From Eledone cirrhosa (lineage: Eukaryota): a DNA stretch of 64,000 bases. The notes below the pieces were generated by a model. The model had not been told where the DNA came from, did not search any database, and worked only from the letters and a program-made list of their open reading frames with translations. Made by a program: the position numbers and the translations under genes. Below, piece after piece: positions 36,101-51,100 of this stretch. How positions within the stretch are numbered: position 1 is the stretch's first letter; each line of letters starts with the position of its first letter. The stretch spans positions 206,460,001 to 206,524,000 of the forward strand of contig OZ024743.1 of the NCBI GenBank assembly GCA_964016885.1, written 5' to 3'.

Positions 36101-39100
36101 ACTGTAAGACCATTGTATCAACACCATAGTCACAACTACTGTAAGACCACTGTATCAGCACCACAGTCACAACCACTGTAAGACCACTGTATCAACACCA
36201 CAGTCACAACTACAGTAAGACCACTTTATCAACACCGTAGTCACAACTACTGTAAGACCACTCTATCAACACCATATTCACAACTCCTGTAAGACCACTG
36301 TATCAACACCATAGTCATAACTACCGTAAGACCACTGTATCAACACCATAGTCATAAGACCACTGTATCAACACCATAGTGACAACTACTGTAAGACCAC
36401 TGTATCAACACCATAGTCATAACTACTGTAAGACCAATGTATCAACACCATAGTCACAACTATTGTAAGACCACTGTATGAACACCACAGTCACAACTAC
36501 AGTAAGACCACTTTATCAACACCATAGTCACAACTACTGTAAGACCACTGTATCAACACCATAGTCACAACTACTGTAAGACAACTGTATCTACACCATA
36601 GTCACAACTACTGTAAGAGCACTGTATCAGCACCACAGTTATAACTACTGTAACACCACTGTATCAACATCACAGTCACAACTACTGAAAGATCACTGTA
36701 TCAACACCACAGCTACAACAATTGTAAGACCACTGTATCAACACCACAGCCACAACTACTGTAAGACCACTGATTCAACACCTTAGTCACAACTACTGTA
36801 AGACCACTGTATCAACACCACAGTCACAACGTCTGTAAGACCACTGTATCAACACAAAATTCACAACTACTGTAGGCCTACTGTATCAACACCATAGTCA
36901 CAACTACTGTAAGACCACTGCATCAACACCATAGTCACAACGTCTGTAATACCACTGTATCAACACCATAGTCACAACTACTGTAAGACCACTGTATAAA
37001 ATCCATAGTCACAACTACTGTAAGACCACTGTATCAACAATACAGTCACAACTACTCTAAGACCACTGTATCAACACCACAGTCACAACTACTGTAAGAC
37101 CACTGTAGCAACACCATAGTCATAACTACCGTAATACCACTGTATCAACACCATAGTCATAAGACCACTGTATGAACACCATAGTCACAACTACTGTAAG
37201 ACCATTGTATCAACACCATAGTCATAACTACTGTAAGACCACTGTATCAACACCATAGTCATAAGACCACTGTATCAACACCATAGTCACAACTACTGTA
37301 ATACCACAGTATCAACACCATACTCACAACTACTTTAAGACCACTGTATCAACACCATAGTCATAACTACTGTAAGACCACTGTATCAACACCATAGTCA
37401 TAACTACTGTAAGAACACTGTATCAACACCATAGTCACAACTATTGTAAGACCACTGTATCAACACCACAGTCACAACTACAGTAAGATCACTGTATAAA
37501 CACCATAGTCACAACTACTGTAAGACCACTGTATGAACACCATAGTCATAACTACCGTAAGACCACTGTATCAACACCATAGTCATAACTAATGTAAGAC
37601 CACTGTATCGACACCATAGTCACAACTACAGTAAGACCACTGTATAAACACCACAGTCATAACTACTGTAAGACCACTGTATCAACACCACAGTCACAAC
37701 TACTGTAAAACCACTGTATCAACTCCACAGTCACAACTACTGCAAGACCACTGTATCAACACCACAACCACAACTACTGTAAGACCACTGTATCAACACC
37801 ACAGTCATAACTACTCTAAGACCATTGTATCAACACCACAGCCACAACTACTGTAAGACCACTGTATCAACACCATAATCACAACTACTGTAATACCACT
37901 GTATCAACACCATAATCACAACTACTGTAATACCACTGTATCAACACCATAGTCACAACTACTGTAAGACCACTGTATCAACACCATAGTCACAACTACT
38001 GTAAGACCACTGTATCAACACCATAGTCGCAACTACTCTAAGACCACTGTATCAGCACCACAGTCACAACTACTGTAAGACCACTGTATCAACACCATAG
38101 TCACAACTACTGTAAGACCACTGTATTAACACCATATTCACAACTAGTGTAAGACGACTGTATCAACACCATAGTCACAACTACTGTAAGACACCTGTAT
38201 AAACACCATAGTCATAACTACCGTAAGACCACTGTATCAACACCATAGTCATAACTACTGTAAGACCACTGTATAAAATCCATAGTCACAACTACTGTAA
38301 GACCATTGTATCAACAATACAGTCACAACTACTCTAAGACCACTGTATCAACACCACAGTCACAACTACTGTAAGACCACTGTATCAACACCATAGTCAT
38401 AACTACCGTAAGACCAATGTATCAACACCATAGTCATAAGACCACTGTATCAACACCATAGTCACAACTACTGTAAGACCAGTGTATCAACACCATAGTC
38501 ATGACTACTGTAAGACCACTGTATCAACACCATAGTCATAAGACCACTGCATCAACAACATAGTCACAACTACTGTAAGACCAGTGTATCAACACCATAG
38601 TCATAACTACAATAAGACCACTGTATCAACACCATAGTCATAACTAATGTAAGACCACTGTATCAACACTATAGTCACAACTATTGTAAGACCAATGTAT
38701 CAACACCACAGTCACAACTACTGTAAGACCACTGTATCAACACCATAGTCATAACTACCGTAAGACCACTGTATCAGCACCATAGTCATAAGACCACTGT
38801 ATCAACACCATAGTCACAACTACTGTAAGACCACTGTATCAACACCACAGTCATAACTACGCTAAGACCACTGTATCAACACCACAGCCACAACTACTGT
38901 AAGACCACTGTATCAACACCATAATCACAACTACCGTAATACCACTGTATCAACACCATAGTCACAACTACTGTAAGACCACTGTATAAACACTATAGTC
39001 ACAACTACTGTAAGACCACTGTATCAACACCATAGTCGCAACTACCGTAAGACCACTGTATCAGCACCACAGTCACAACTACTGTAAGACCACTGTATCA

Positions 39101-42100
39101 ACACCATAGTGACAACTACTGTAAGACCACTGTATTAACACCATATTCACAACTAGTGTAAGACCACTGTATCAACACCATAGTCATAACTACCGTAAGA
39201 CGACTGTATCAACACCATAGTCATAAGACCACTATATCAACACCATAGTCACAACTACTGTAAGACCACTGTATCAACACCATAGTCATAACTACTGTAA
39301 GACCACTGTATCAAGACCATAGTCACAACTATTGTAAGAACACTGTATCAACACCATAGTCACAACTACTGTAAGACCAGTGTATCAACACCATAGTCAT
39401 AACTACTGTAAGACCACTGTATCAACACCATAGTCATAAGACCACTGCATCAACAACATAGTCACAACTACTGTAAGACCAGTGTATCAACACAATAGTC
39501 ATAACTACAATAAGACCACTGTATCAACGCCATAGTCATAACAACTGTAAGACCACTGTATCAACACTATAGTCACAACTATTGTAAGACCAATGTATCA
39601 ACACCACAGTCACAACTACTGTAAGACCACTGTATCAACACCATAGTCATAACTACCGTAAGACCACTGTATCAGCACCATAGTCATAAGACCACTGTAT
39701 CAACACCATAGTCACAACTACTGTAAGACCACTGTATCAACACCACAGTCATAACTACTCTAAGACCACTGTATCAACACCACAGCCACAACTACTGTAA
39801 GACCACTGTATCAACACCATAATCACAACTACCGTAATACCACTGTATCAACACCATAGTCACAACTACTGTAAGACCACTGTATCAACACTATAGTCAC
39901 AACTACTGTAAGACCACTGTATCAACACCATAGTCGCAACTACCGTAAGACCACTGTATCAGCACCACGGTCACAACTACTGTAAGACCACTGTATCAAC
40001 ACCATAGTGACAACTACTGTAAGACCACTGTATTAACACCATATTCACAACTAGTGTAAGACCACTGTATCAACACCATAGTCATAACTACCGTAAGACG
40101 ACTGTATCAACACCATAGTCATAAGACCACTGTATCAACACCATAGTGACAATTATTGTAAGACCACTGTATCAACACCACAGTCACAACTACAGTAAGA
40201 CCACTGTATCAACACCATAGTCATAACTACTGTAAGACCACTGTATCAACACCATAGTAACAACTATTGTAAGACCAATGTATCAACACCACAGTCACAA
40301 CTACAGTAAGACCTCTTTATCAACACCATATTCACAACTACTGTAAGACCACTGTATCAACACCATAGTCACAACTACTGTAAGACCACTGTATCAACAC
40401 CATAGTCATAAGACCACTGTATAAACCCCATAGTCACAACTACTGTAAGACCACTGTATCTACACCATAGTCACAACTACTGTAAGAACACTGTATCAAC
40501 ACAACAGTTATAACTACTGTAAGACCACTGTATCAACATCACAGTCACAACTACTGTAAGCCCACTGTATCAACAGCATAGTCATAACTACTCTAAGACC
40601 ACCGTGTCAAAACCATAGTCACAACTACCGTAAAACCACTACATCAACACCATAGTCATAAGACCACTGTATCAACACCATAGTCACAACTAATGTAAGT
40701 CCACTGTATCAACACCATAGTCATAACTACGGTAAGACCTCTGTATCAACACCATAGTCATAAGACCACTGTATCAACACCATTAGTCACAACTACTGTA
40801 ATACCACTGTATCAACACCATAATCACAACTACTGTAAGACCACTGTATCAACACCATAGTTATAAGACCACTGTATCAACACCATAGTCACAACTACTG
40901 TAAGACAACTGTATCTACACCATAGTCACATCTACTGTAAGAACACTGTATCAGCACCACAGTTATAACTACTGTAACACCACTGTATCAACATCACAGT
41001 CACAACTACTGTAAGATCACTGTATCAAAACCACAGCTACAACTACTGTAAGACCACTGTATCAACACCACAGCCACAACTACTGTAAGACCACTGATTC
41101 AACACCGTAGTCACAACTACCGTAAGACCACTGTATCAACACCACAGTCAGAACGTCTGTAAGACCACTGTATCAACACAAAATTCACAACTACTGTAAG
41201 CCTACAGTATCAACACCATAGTCACAACTACTGTAAGACCACTGCATCAACACCATAGTCACAACGTCTGTAATACCAATGTATCAACACCATAGTCACA
41301 ACTACTGTAAGACCACTGTATAAACACCATAGTCATAACTACCGTAAGACCACTGTATCAACACCATAGTCATAACTACTGTAAGACCACTGTATAAAAT
41401 CCATAGTCACAACTACTGTAAGACCACTGTATCAACAATACAGTCACAACTACTCTAAGACCACTGTATCAACACCACAGTCACAACTTCTGTAAGACCA
41501 CTGTATCAACACCATAGTCATATCTACCGTAATACCACTGTATCAACACCATAGTCATAAGACCACTGTATGAACACCATAGTCACAACTACTGTAAGAC
41601 CATTGTATCAACACCATAGTCATAACTACTGTAAGACAACTGTATCAACACCATAGTCATAAGACCACTGTATCAACACCATAGTCACAACTACTGTAAT
41701 ACCACTGTATCAACACCATAATCACAACTACTTTAAGACCACTGTATCAACACCATAGTCATAACTACCGTAAGACCAATGTATAAACACCATAGTCACA
41801 ACTACTGTAAGACCACTGTATGAACACCATAGTCATAACTACCGTAAGACCACTGTATCAACACCATAGTCATAACTAATGTAAGACCACTGTATCAACA
41901 CCATAGTCACAACTACAGTAAGACCACTGTATAAACACCACAGTCATAACTACTGTAAGACCACTGTATCAACACCACAGTCACAACTACTGTAAAACCA
42001 CTGTATCAACTCCACAGTCACAACTACTGCAAGACCACTGTATCAACACCACAACCACAACTACTGTAAGACCACTGTATCAACACCACAGTCATAACTA

Positions 42101-45100
42101 CTGTAAGACCACTGTATCAACACCATAGTCGCAACTACCGTAAGACCACTGTATCAGCACCACGGTCACAACTACTGTAAGACCACTGTATCAACACCAT
42201 AGTGACAACTACTGTAAGACCACTGTATTAACACCATATTCACAACTAGTGTAAGACCACTGTATCAACACCATAGTCATAACTACCGTAAGACGACTGT
42301 ATCAACACCATAGTCATAAGACCACTGTATCAACACCATAGTGACAATTATTGTAAGCCCACTGTATCAACACCACAGTCACAACTACAGTAAGACCACT
42401 GTATCAACACCATAGTCATAACTACTGTAAGACCACTGTATCAACACCATAGTAACAACTATTGTAAGACCAATGTATCAACACCACAGTCACAACTACA
42501 GTAAGACCTCTTTATCAACACCATATTCACAACTACTGTAAGACCACTGTATCAACACCATAGTCACAACTACTGTAAGACCACTGTATCAACACCATAG
42601 TCATAAGACCACTGTATAAACCCCATAGTCACAACTACTGTAAGAACACTGTATCAACACAACAGTTATAACTACTGTAAGACCACTGTATCAACATCAC
42701 AGTCACAACTACTGTAAGCCCACTGTATCAACAGCATAGTCATAACTACTCTAAGACCACCGTGTCAAAACCATAGTCACAACTACCGTAAAACCACTAC
42801 ATCAACACCATAGTCATAAGACCACTGTATCAACACCATAGTCACAACTAATGTAAGTCCACTGTATCAACACCATAGTCATAACTACGGTAAGACCTCT
42901 GTATCAACACCATAGTCATAAGACCACTGTATCAACACCATTAGTCACAACTACTGTAATACCACTGTATCAACACCATAATCACAACTACTGTAAGACC
43001 ACTGTATCAACACCATAGTTATAAGACCACTGTATCAACACCATAGTCACAACTACTGTAAGACAACTGTATCTACACCATAGTCACATCTACTGTAAGA
43101 ACACTGTATCAGCACCACAGTTATAACTACTGTAACACCACTGTATCAACATCACAGTCACAACTACTGTAAGATCACTGTATCAACACCACAGCTACAA
43201 CTACTGTAAGACCACTGTATCAACACCACAGCCACAACTACTGTAAGACCACTGATTCAACACCGTAGTCACAACTACCGTAAGACCACTGTATCAACAC
43301 CACAGTCAGAACGTCTGTAAGACCACTGTATCAACACCATAGTCACAACTACTGTAAGACCACTGTATAAACACCATAGTCATAACTACCGTAAGACCAC
43401 TGTATCAACACCATAGTCATAACTACTGTAAGACCACTGTATAAAATCCATAGTCACAACTACTGTAAGACCACTGTATCAACAATACAGTCACAACTAC
43501 TCTAAGACCACTGTATCAACACCACAGTCACAACTTCTGTAAGACCACTGTATCAACACCATAGTCATATCTACCGTAATACCACTGTATCAACACCATA
43601 GTCATAAGACCACTGTATGAACACCATAGTCACAACTACTGTAAGACCATTGTATCAACACCATAGTCATAACTACTGTAAGACAACTGTATCAACACCA
43701 TAGTCATAAGACCACTGTATCAACACCATAGTCACAACTACTGTAATACCACTGTATCAACACCATAATCACAACTACTTTAAGACCACTGTATCAACAC
43801 CATAGTCATAACTACCGTAAGACCAATGTATAAACACCATAGTCACAACTACTGTAAGACCACTGTATGAACACCATAGTCATAACTACCGTAAGACCAC
43901 TGTATCAACACCATAGTCATAACTAATGTAAGACCACTGTATCAACACCATAGTCACAACTACAGTAAGACCACTGTATAAACACCACAGTCATAACTAC
44001 TGTAAGACCACTGTATCAACACCACAGTCACAACTACTGTAAAACCACTGTATCAACTCCACAGTCACAACTACTGCAAGACCACTGTATCAACACCACA
44101 ACCACAACTACTGTAAGACCACTGTATCAACACCACAGTCATAACTACTCTAAGACCACTGTATCAACACCACAGCCACAACTACTGTAAGACCACTGTA
44201 TCAACACCATAATCACAACTACTGTAATACCACTGTATCAACACCATAATCACAACTACTGTAATACCACTGTATCAACACCATAGTCACAACTACTGTA
44301 AGACCACTGTATCAACACCATAGTCACAACTACTGTAAGACCACTGTATCAACACCACAGTCATAACTACTCTAAGACCACTGTATCAACACCACAGCCA
44401 CAACTACTGTAAGACCACTGTATCAACACCATAGTCACAAGTACTGTAAGACCACTGTATTAACACCATATTCACAACTAGTGTAAGACGACTGTATCAA
44501 CACCATAGTCACAACTACTGTAAGACACCTGTATCAACACCATAGTCATAACTACCGTAAGGCCACTCTATCAACACCATAGTCATAACTACTGTAAGAC
44601 CACTGTATAAAATCCATAGTCACAACTACTGTAAGACCACTGTATCAACAATACAGTCACAACTACTCTAAGACCAATGTATCAACACCATAATCACAAC
44701 TACTGTAATACCACTGTATCAACACCATAGTCACAACTACTGTAAGACCACTGTATCAACACCATAGTCATAACTACTGTAAGATCACTGTATCAACACT
44801 ATAGTCACAACTATTGTAAGACCAATGTATCAACACCACAGTCACAACTACTGTAAGACCACTGTATCAACACCATAGTCATAACTACCGTAAGACCACT
44901 GTATCAGCACCATAGTCATAAGACCACTGTATCAACACCATAGTCACAACTACTGTAAGACCACTGTATCAACACCACAGTCATAACTACTCTAAGACCA
45001 CTGTATCAACACCACAGCCACAACTACTGTAAGACCACTGTATCAACACCATAATCACAACTACCGTAATACCACTGTATCAACACCATAGTCACAACTA

Positions 45101-48100
45101 CTGTAAGACCACTGTATCAACACTATAGTCACAACTACTGTAAGACCACAGTATCAACACCATGGTCGCAACTACCGTAAGACCACTGTATCAGCACCAC
45201 AGTCACAACTACTGTAAGACCACTGTATCAACACCATAGTGACAACTACTGTAAGACCACTGTATTAACACTATATTCACAACTAGTGTAAGACCACTGT
45301 ATCAACACCATATTCATAACTACCGTAAGACGACTGTATCAACACCATAGTCATAAGACCACTGTATCAACACCATAGTGACAATTATTGTAAGACCACT
45401 GTATCAACACCACAGTCACAACTACAGTAAGACCACTGTATCAACACCATAGTCATAACTACTGTAAGACCACTGTATCAACACCATAGTCACAACTATT
45501 GTAAGACCAATGTATCAACACCACAGTCACAACTACAGTAAGACCTCTTTATCAACACCATATTCACAACTACTGTAAGACCACTGTATCAACACCATAG
45601 TCACAACTACTGTAAGACCACTGTATCAACACCATAGTCATAAGACCACTGTATAAACCCCATAGTCACAACTACTGTAAGACCACTGTATCTACACCAT
45701 AGTTACAACTACTGTAAGAACACTGTATCAACACAACAGTTATAACTACTGTAAGACCACTGTATCAACATCACAGTCACAACTACTGTAAGCCCACTGT
45801 ATCAACAGCATAGTCATAACTAGTCTAAGACCACCGTGTCAAAACCATAGTCACAACTACAGTAAGACCACTGTATCAACACCATAGTCATAACTACCGT
45901 AACACCACTACATCAACACCATAGTCATAAGACCACTGTATCAACACCATAGTCACAACTAATGTAAGTCCACTGTATCAACACCATAGTCATAACTACG
46001 GTAAGACCTCTGTATCAACACCATAGTCATAAGACCACTGTATCAACACCATTAGTCACAACTACTGTAATACCACTGTATCAACACCATAGTCACAACT
46101 ACTGTAAGACCACTGTATCAACACCATAGTCATAAGACCACTGTATCAACACCATAGTCACAACTACTGTAAGACAACTGTATCTACACCATAGTCACAA
46201 CTACTGTAAGAACACTGTATCAGCACCACAGTTATAACTACTGTAACACCACTGTATCAACATCACAGTCACAACTACTGTAAGATCACTGTATCAACAC
46301 CACAGCTACAACTATTGTAAGACCACTGTATCAACACCACAGCCACAACTACTGTAAGACCACTGATTCAACACCGTAGTCACAACTACTGTAAGACCAC
46401 TGTATCAACACCACAGTCAGAACGTCTGTAAGACCACTGTATCAACACAAAATTCACAACTGCTGTAAGCCTACTGTATCAACACCATAGTCACAACTAC
46501 TGTAAGACCACTGCATCAACACCATAGTCACAACGTCTGTAATACCAATGTATCAACACCATAGTCACAACTACTGTAAGACCACTGTATAAACACCATA
46601 GTCATAACTACCGTAAGACCACTGTATCAACACCATAGTCATAACTACTGTAAGACCACTGTATAAAATCCATAGTCACAACTACTGTAAGACCACTGTA
46701 TCAACAATACAGTCACAACTACTCTAAGACCACTGTATCAACACCACAGTCACAACTACTGTAAGACCACTGTATCAACACCATAGTCATATCTACCGTA
46801 ATACCACTGTATCAACACCATAGTCATAAGACCACTGTATGAACACCATAGTCACAACTACTGTAAGACCATTGTATCAACACCATAGTCATAACTACTG
46901 TAAGACCACTGTATCAACACCATAGACATAAGACCACTGTATCAACACCATAGTCACAACTACTGTAATACCACTGTATCAACACCATAGTCACAACTAC
47001 TGTAAGAACACTGTATCAACACAACAGTTATAACTACTGTAAGACCACTGTATCAACATCACAGTCACAACTACTGTAAGCCCACTGTATCAACAGCATA
47101 GTCATAACTACTCTAAGACCACCGTGTCAAAACCATAGTCACAACTACCGTAAAACCACTACATCAACACCATAGTCATAAGACCACTGTATCAACACCA
47201 TAGTCACAACTAATGTAAGTCCACTGTATCAACACCATAGTCATAACTACGGTAAGACCTCTGTATCAACACCATAGTCATAAGACCACTGTATCAACAC
47301 CATTAGTCACAACTACTGTAATACCACTGTATCAACACCATAATCACAACTACTGTAAGACCACTGTATCAACACCATAGTTATAAGACCACTGTATCAA
47401 CACCATAGTCACAACTACTGTAAGACAACTGTATCTACACCATAGTCACATCTACTGTAAGAACACTGTATCAGCACCACAGTTATAACTACTGTAACAC
47501 CACTGTATCAACATCACAGTCACAACTACTGTAAGATCACTGTATCAAAACCACAGCTACAACTACTGTAAGACCACTGTATCAACACCACAGCCACAAC
47601 TACTGTAAGACCACTGATTCAACACCGTAGTCACAACTACCGTAAGACCACTGTATCAACACCACAGTCAGAACGTCTGTAAGACCACTGTATCAACACA
47701 AAATTCACAACTACTGTAAGCCTACAGTATCAACACCATAGTCACAACTACTGTAAGACCACTGCATCAACACCATAGTCACAACGTCTGTAATACCAAT
47801 GTATCAACACCATAGTCACAACTACTGTAAGACCACTGTATAAACACCATAGTCATAACTACCGTAAGACCACTGTATCAACACCATAGTCATAACTACT
47901 GTAAGACCACTGTATAAAATCCATAGTCACAACTACTGTAAGACCACTGTATCAACAATACAGTCACAACTACTCTAAGACCACTGTATCAACACCACAG
48001 TCACAACTTCTGTAAGACCACTGTATCAACACCATAGTCATATCTACCGTAATACCACTGTATCAACACCATAGTCATAAGACCACTGTATGAACACCAT

Positions 48101-51100
48101 AGTCACAACTACTGTAAGACCATTGTATCAACACCATAGTCATAACTACTGTAAGACAACTGTATCAACACCATAGTCATAAGACCACTGTATCAACACC
48201 ATAGTCACAACTACTGTAATACCACTGTATCAACACCATAATCACAACTACTTTAAGACCACTGTATCAACACCATAGTCATAACTACCGTAAGACCAAT
48301 GTATAAACACCATAGTCACAACTACTGTAAGACCACTGTATGAACACCATAGTCATAACTACCGTAAGACCACTGTATCAACACCATAGTCATAACTAAT
48401 GTAAGACCACTGTATCAACACCATAGTCACAACTACAGTAAGACCACTGTTTAAACACCACAGTCATAACTACTGTAAGACCACTGTATCAACACCACAG
48501 TCACAACTACTGTAAAACCACTGTATCAACTCCACAGTCACAACTACTGCAAGACCACTGTATCAACACCACAACCACAACTACTGTAAGACCACTGTAT
48601 CAACACCACAGTCATAACTACTGTAAGACCACTGTATCAACACCATAGTCGCAACTACCGTAAGACCACTGTATCAGCACCACGGTCACAACTACTGTAA
48701 GACCACTGTATCAACACCATAGTGACAACTACTGTAAGACCACTGTATTAACACCATATTCACAACTAGTGTAAGACCACTGTATCAACACCATAGTCAT
48801 AACTACCGTAAGACGACTGTATCAACACCATAGTCATAAGACCACTGTATCAACACCATAGTGACAATTATTGTAAGACCACTGTATCAACACCACAGTC
48901 ACAACTACAGTAAGACCACTGTATCAACACCATAGTCATAACTACTGTAAGACCACTGTATCAACACCATAGTAACAACTATTGTAAGACCAATGTATCA
49001 ACACCACAGTCACAACTACAGTAAGACCTCTTTATCAACACCATATTCACAACTACTGTAAGACCACTGTATCAACACCATAGTCACAACTACTGTAAGA
49101 CCACTGTATCAACACCATAGTCATAAGACCACTGTATAAACCCCATAGTCACAACTACTGTAAGAACACTGTATCAACACAACAGTTATAACTACTGTAA
49201 GACCACTGTATCAACATCACAGTCACAACTACTGTAAGCCCACTGTATCAACAGCATAGTCATAACTACTCTAAGACCACCGTGTCAAAACCATAGTCAC
49301 AACTACCGTAAAACCACTACATCAACACCATAGTCATAAGACCACTGTATCAACACCATAGTCACAACTAATGTAAGTCCACTGTATCAACACCATAGTC
49401 ATAACTACGGTAAGACCTCTGTATCAACACCATAGTCATAAGACCACTGTATCAACACCATTAGTCACAACTACTGTAATACCACTGTATCAACACCATA
49501 ATCACAACTACTGTAAGACCACTGTATCAACACCATAGTTATAAGACCACTGTATCAACACCATAGTCACAACTACTGTAAGACAACTGTATCTACACCA
49601 TAGTCACATCTACTGTAAGAACACTGTATCAGCACCACAGTTATAACTACTGTAACACCACTGTATCAACATCACAGTCACAACTACTGTAAGATCACTG
49701 TATCAACACCACAGCTACAACTACTGTAAGACCACTGTATCAACACCACAGCCACAACTACTGTAAGACCACTGATTCAACACCGTAGTCACAACTACCG
49801 TAAGACCACTGTATCAACACCACAGTCAGAACGTCTGTAAGACCACTGTATCAACACCATAGTCACAACTACTGTAAGACCACTGTATAAACACCATAGT
49901 CATAACTACCGTAAGACCACTGTATCAACACCATAGTCATAACTACTGTAAGACCACTGTATAAAATCCATAGTCACAACTACTGTAAGACCACTGTATC
50001 AACAATACAGTCACAACTACTCTAAGACCACTGTATCAACACCACAGTCACAACTTCTGTAAGACCACTGTATCAACACCATAGTCATATCTACCGTAAT
50101 ACCACTGTATCAACACCATAGTCATAAGACCACTGTATGAACACCATAGTCACAACTACTGTAAGACCATTGTATCAACACCATAGTCATAACTACTGTA
50201 AGACAACTGTATCAACACCATAGTCATAAGACCACTGTATCAACACCATAGTCACAACTACTGTAATACCACTGTATCAACACCATAATCACAACTACTT
50301 TAAGACCACTGTATCAACACCATAGTCATAACTACCGTAAGACCAATGTATAAACACCATAGTCACAACTACTGTAAGACCACTGTATGAACACCATAGT
50401 CATAACTACCGTAAGACCACTGTATCAACACCATAGTCATAACTAATGTAAGACCACTGTATCAACACCATAGTCACAACTACAGTAAGACCACTGTATA
50501 AACACCACAGTCATAACTACTGTAAGACCACTGTATCAACACCACAGTCACAACTACTGTAAAACCACTGTATCAACTCCACAGTCACAACTACTGCAAG
50601 ACCACTGTATCAACACCACAACCACAACTACTGTAAGACCACTGTATCAACACCACAGTCATAACTACTCTAAGACCACTGTATCAACACCACAGCCACA
50701 ACTACTGTAAGACCACTGTATCAACACCATAATCACAACTACTGTAATACCACTGTATCAACACCATAATCACAACTACTGTAATACCACTGTATCAACA
50801 CCATAGTCACAACTACTGTAAGACCACTGTATCAACACCATAGTCACAACTACTGTAAGACCACTGTATCAACACCACAGTCATAACTACTCTAAGACCA
50901 CTGTATCAACACCACAGCCACAACTACTGTAAGACCACTGTATCAACACCATAGTCACAAGTACTGTAAGACCACTGTATTAACACCATATTCACAACTA
51001 GTGTAAGACGACTGTATCAACACCATAGTCACAACTACTGTAAGACACCTGTATCAACACCATAGTCATAACTACCGTAAGGCCACTCTATCAACACCAT

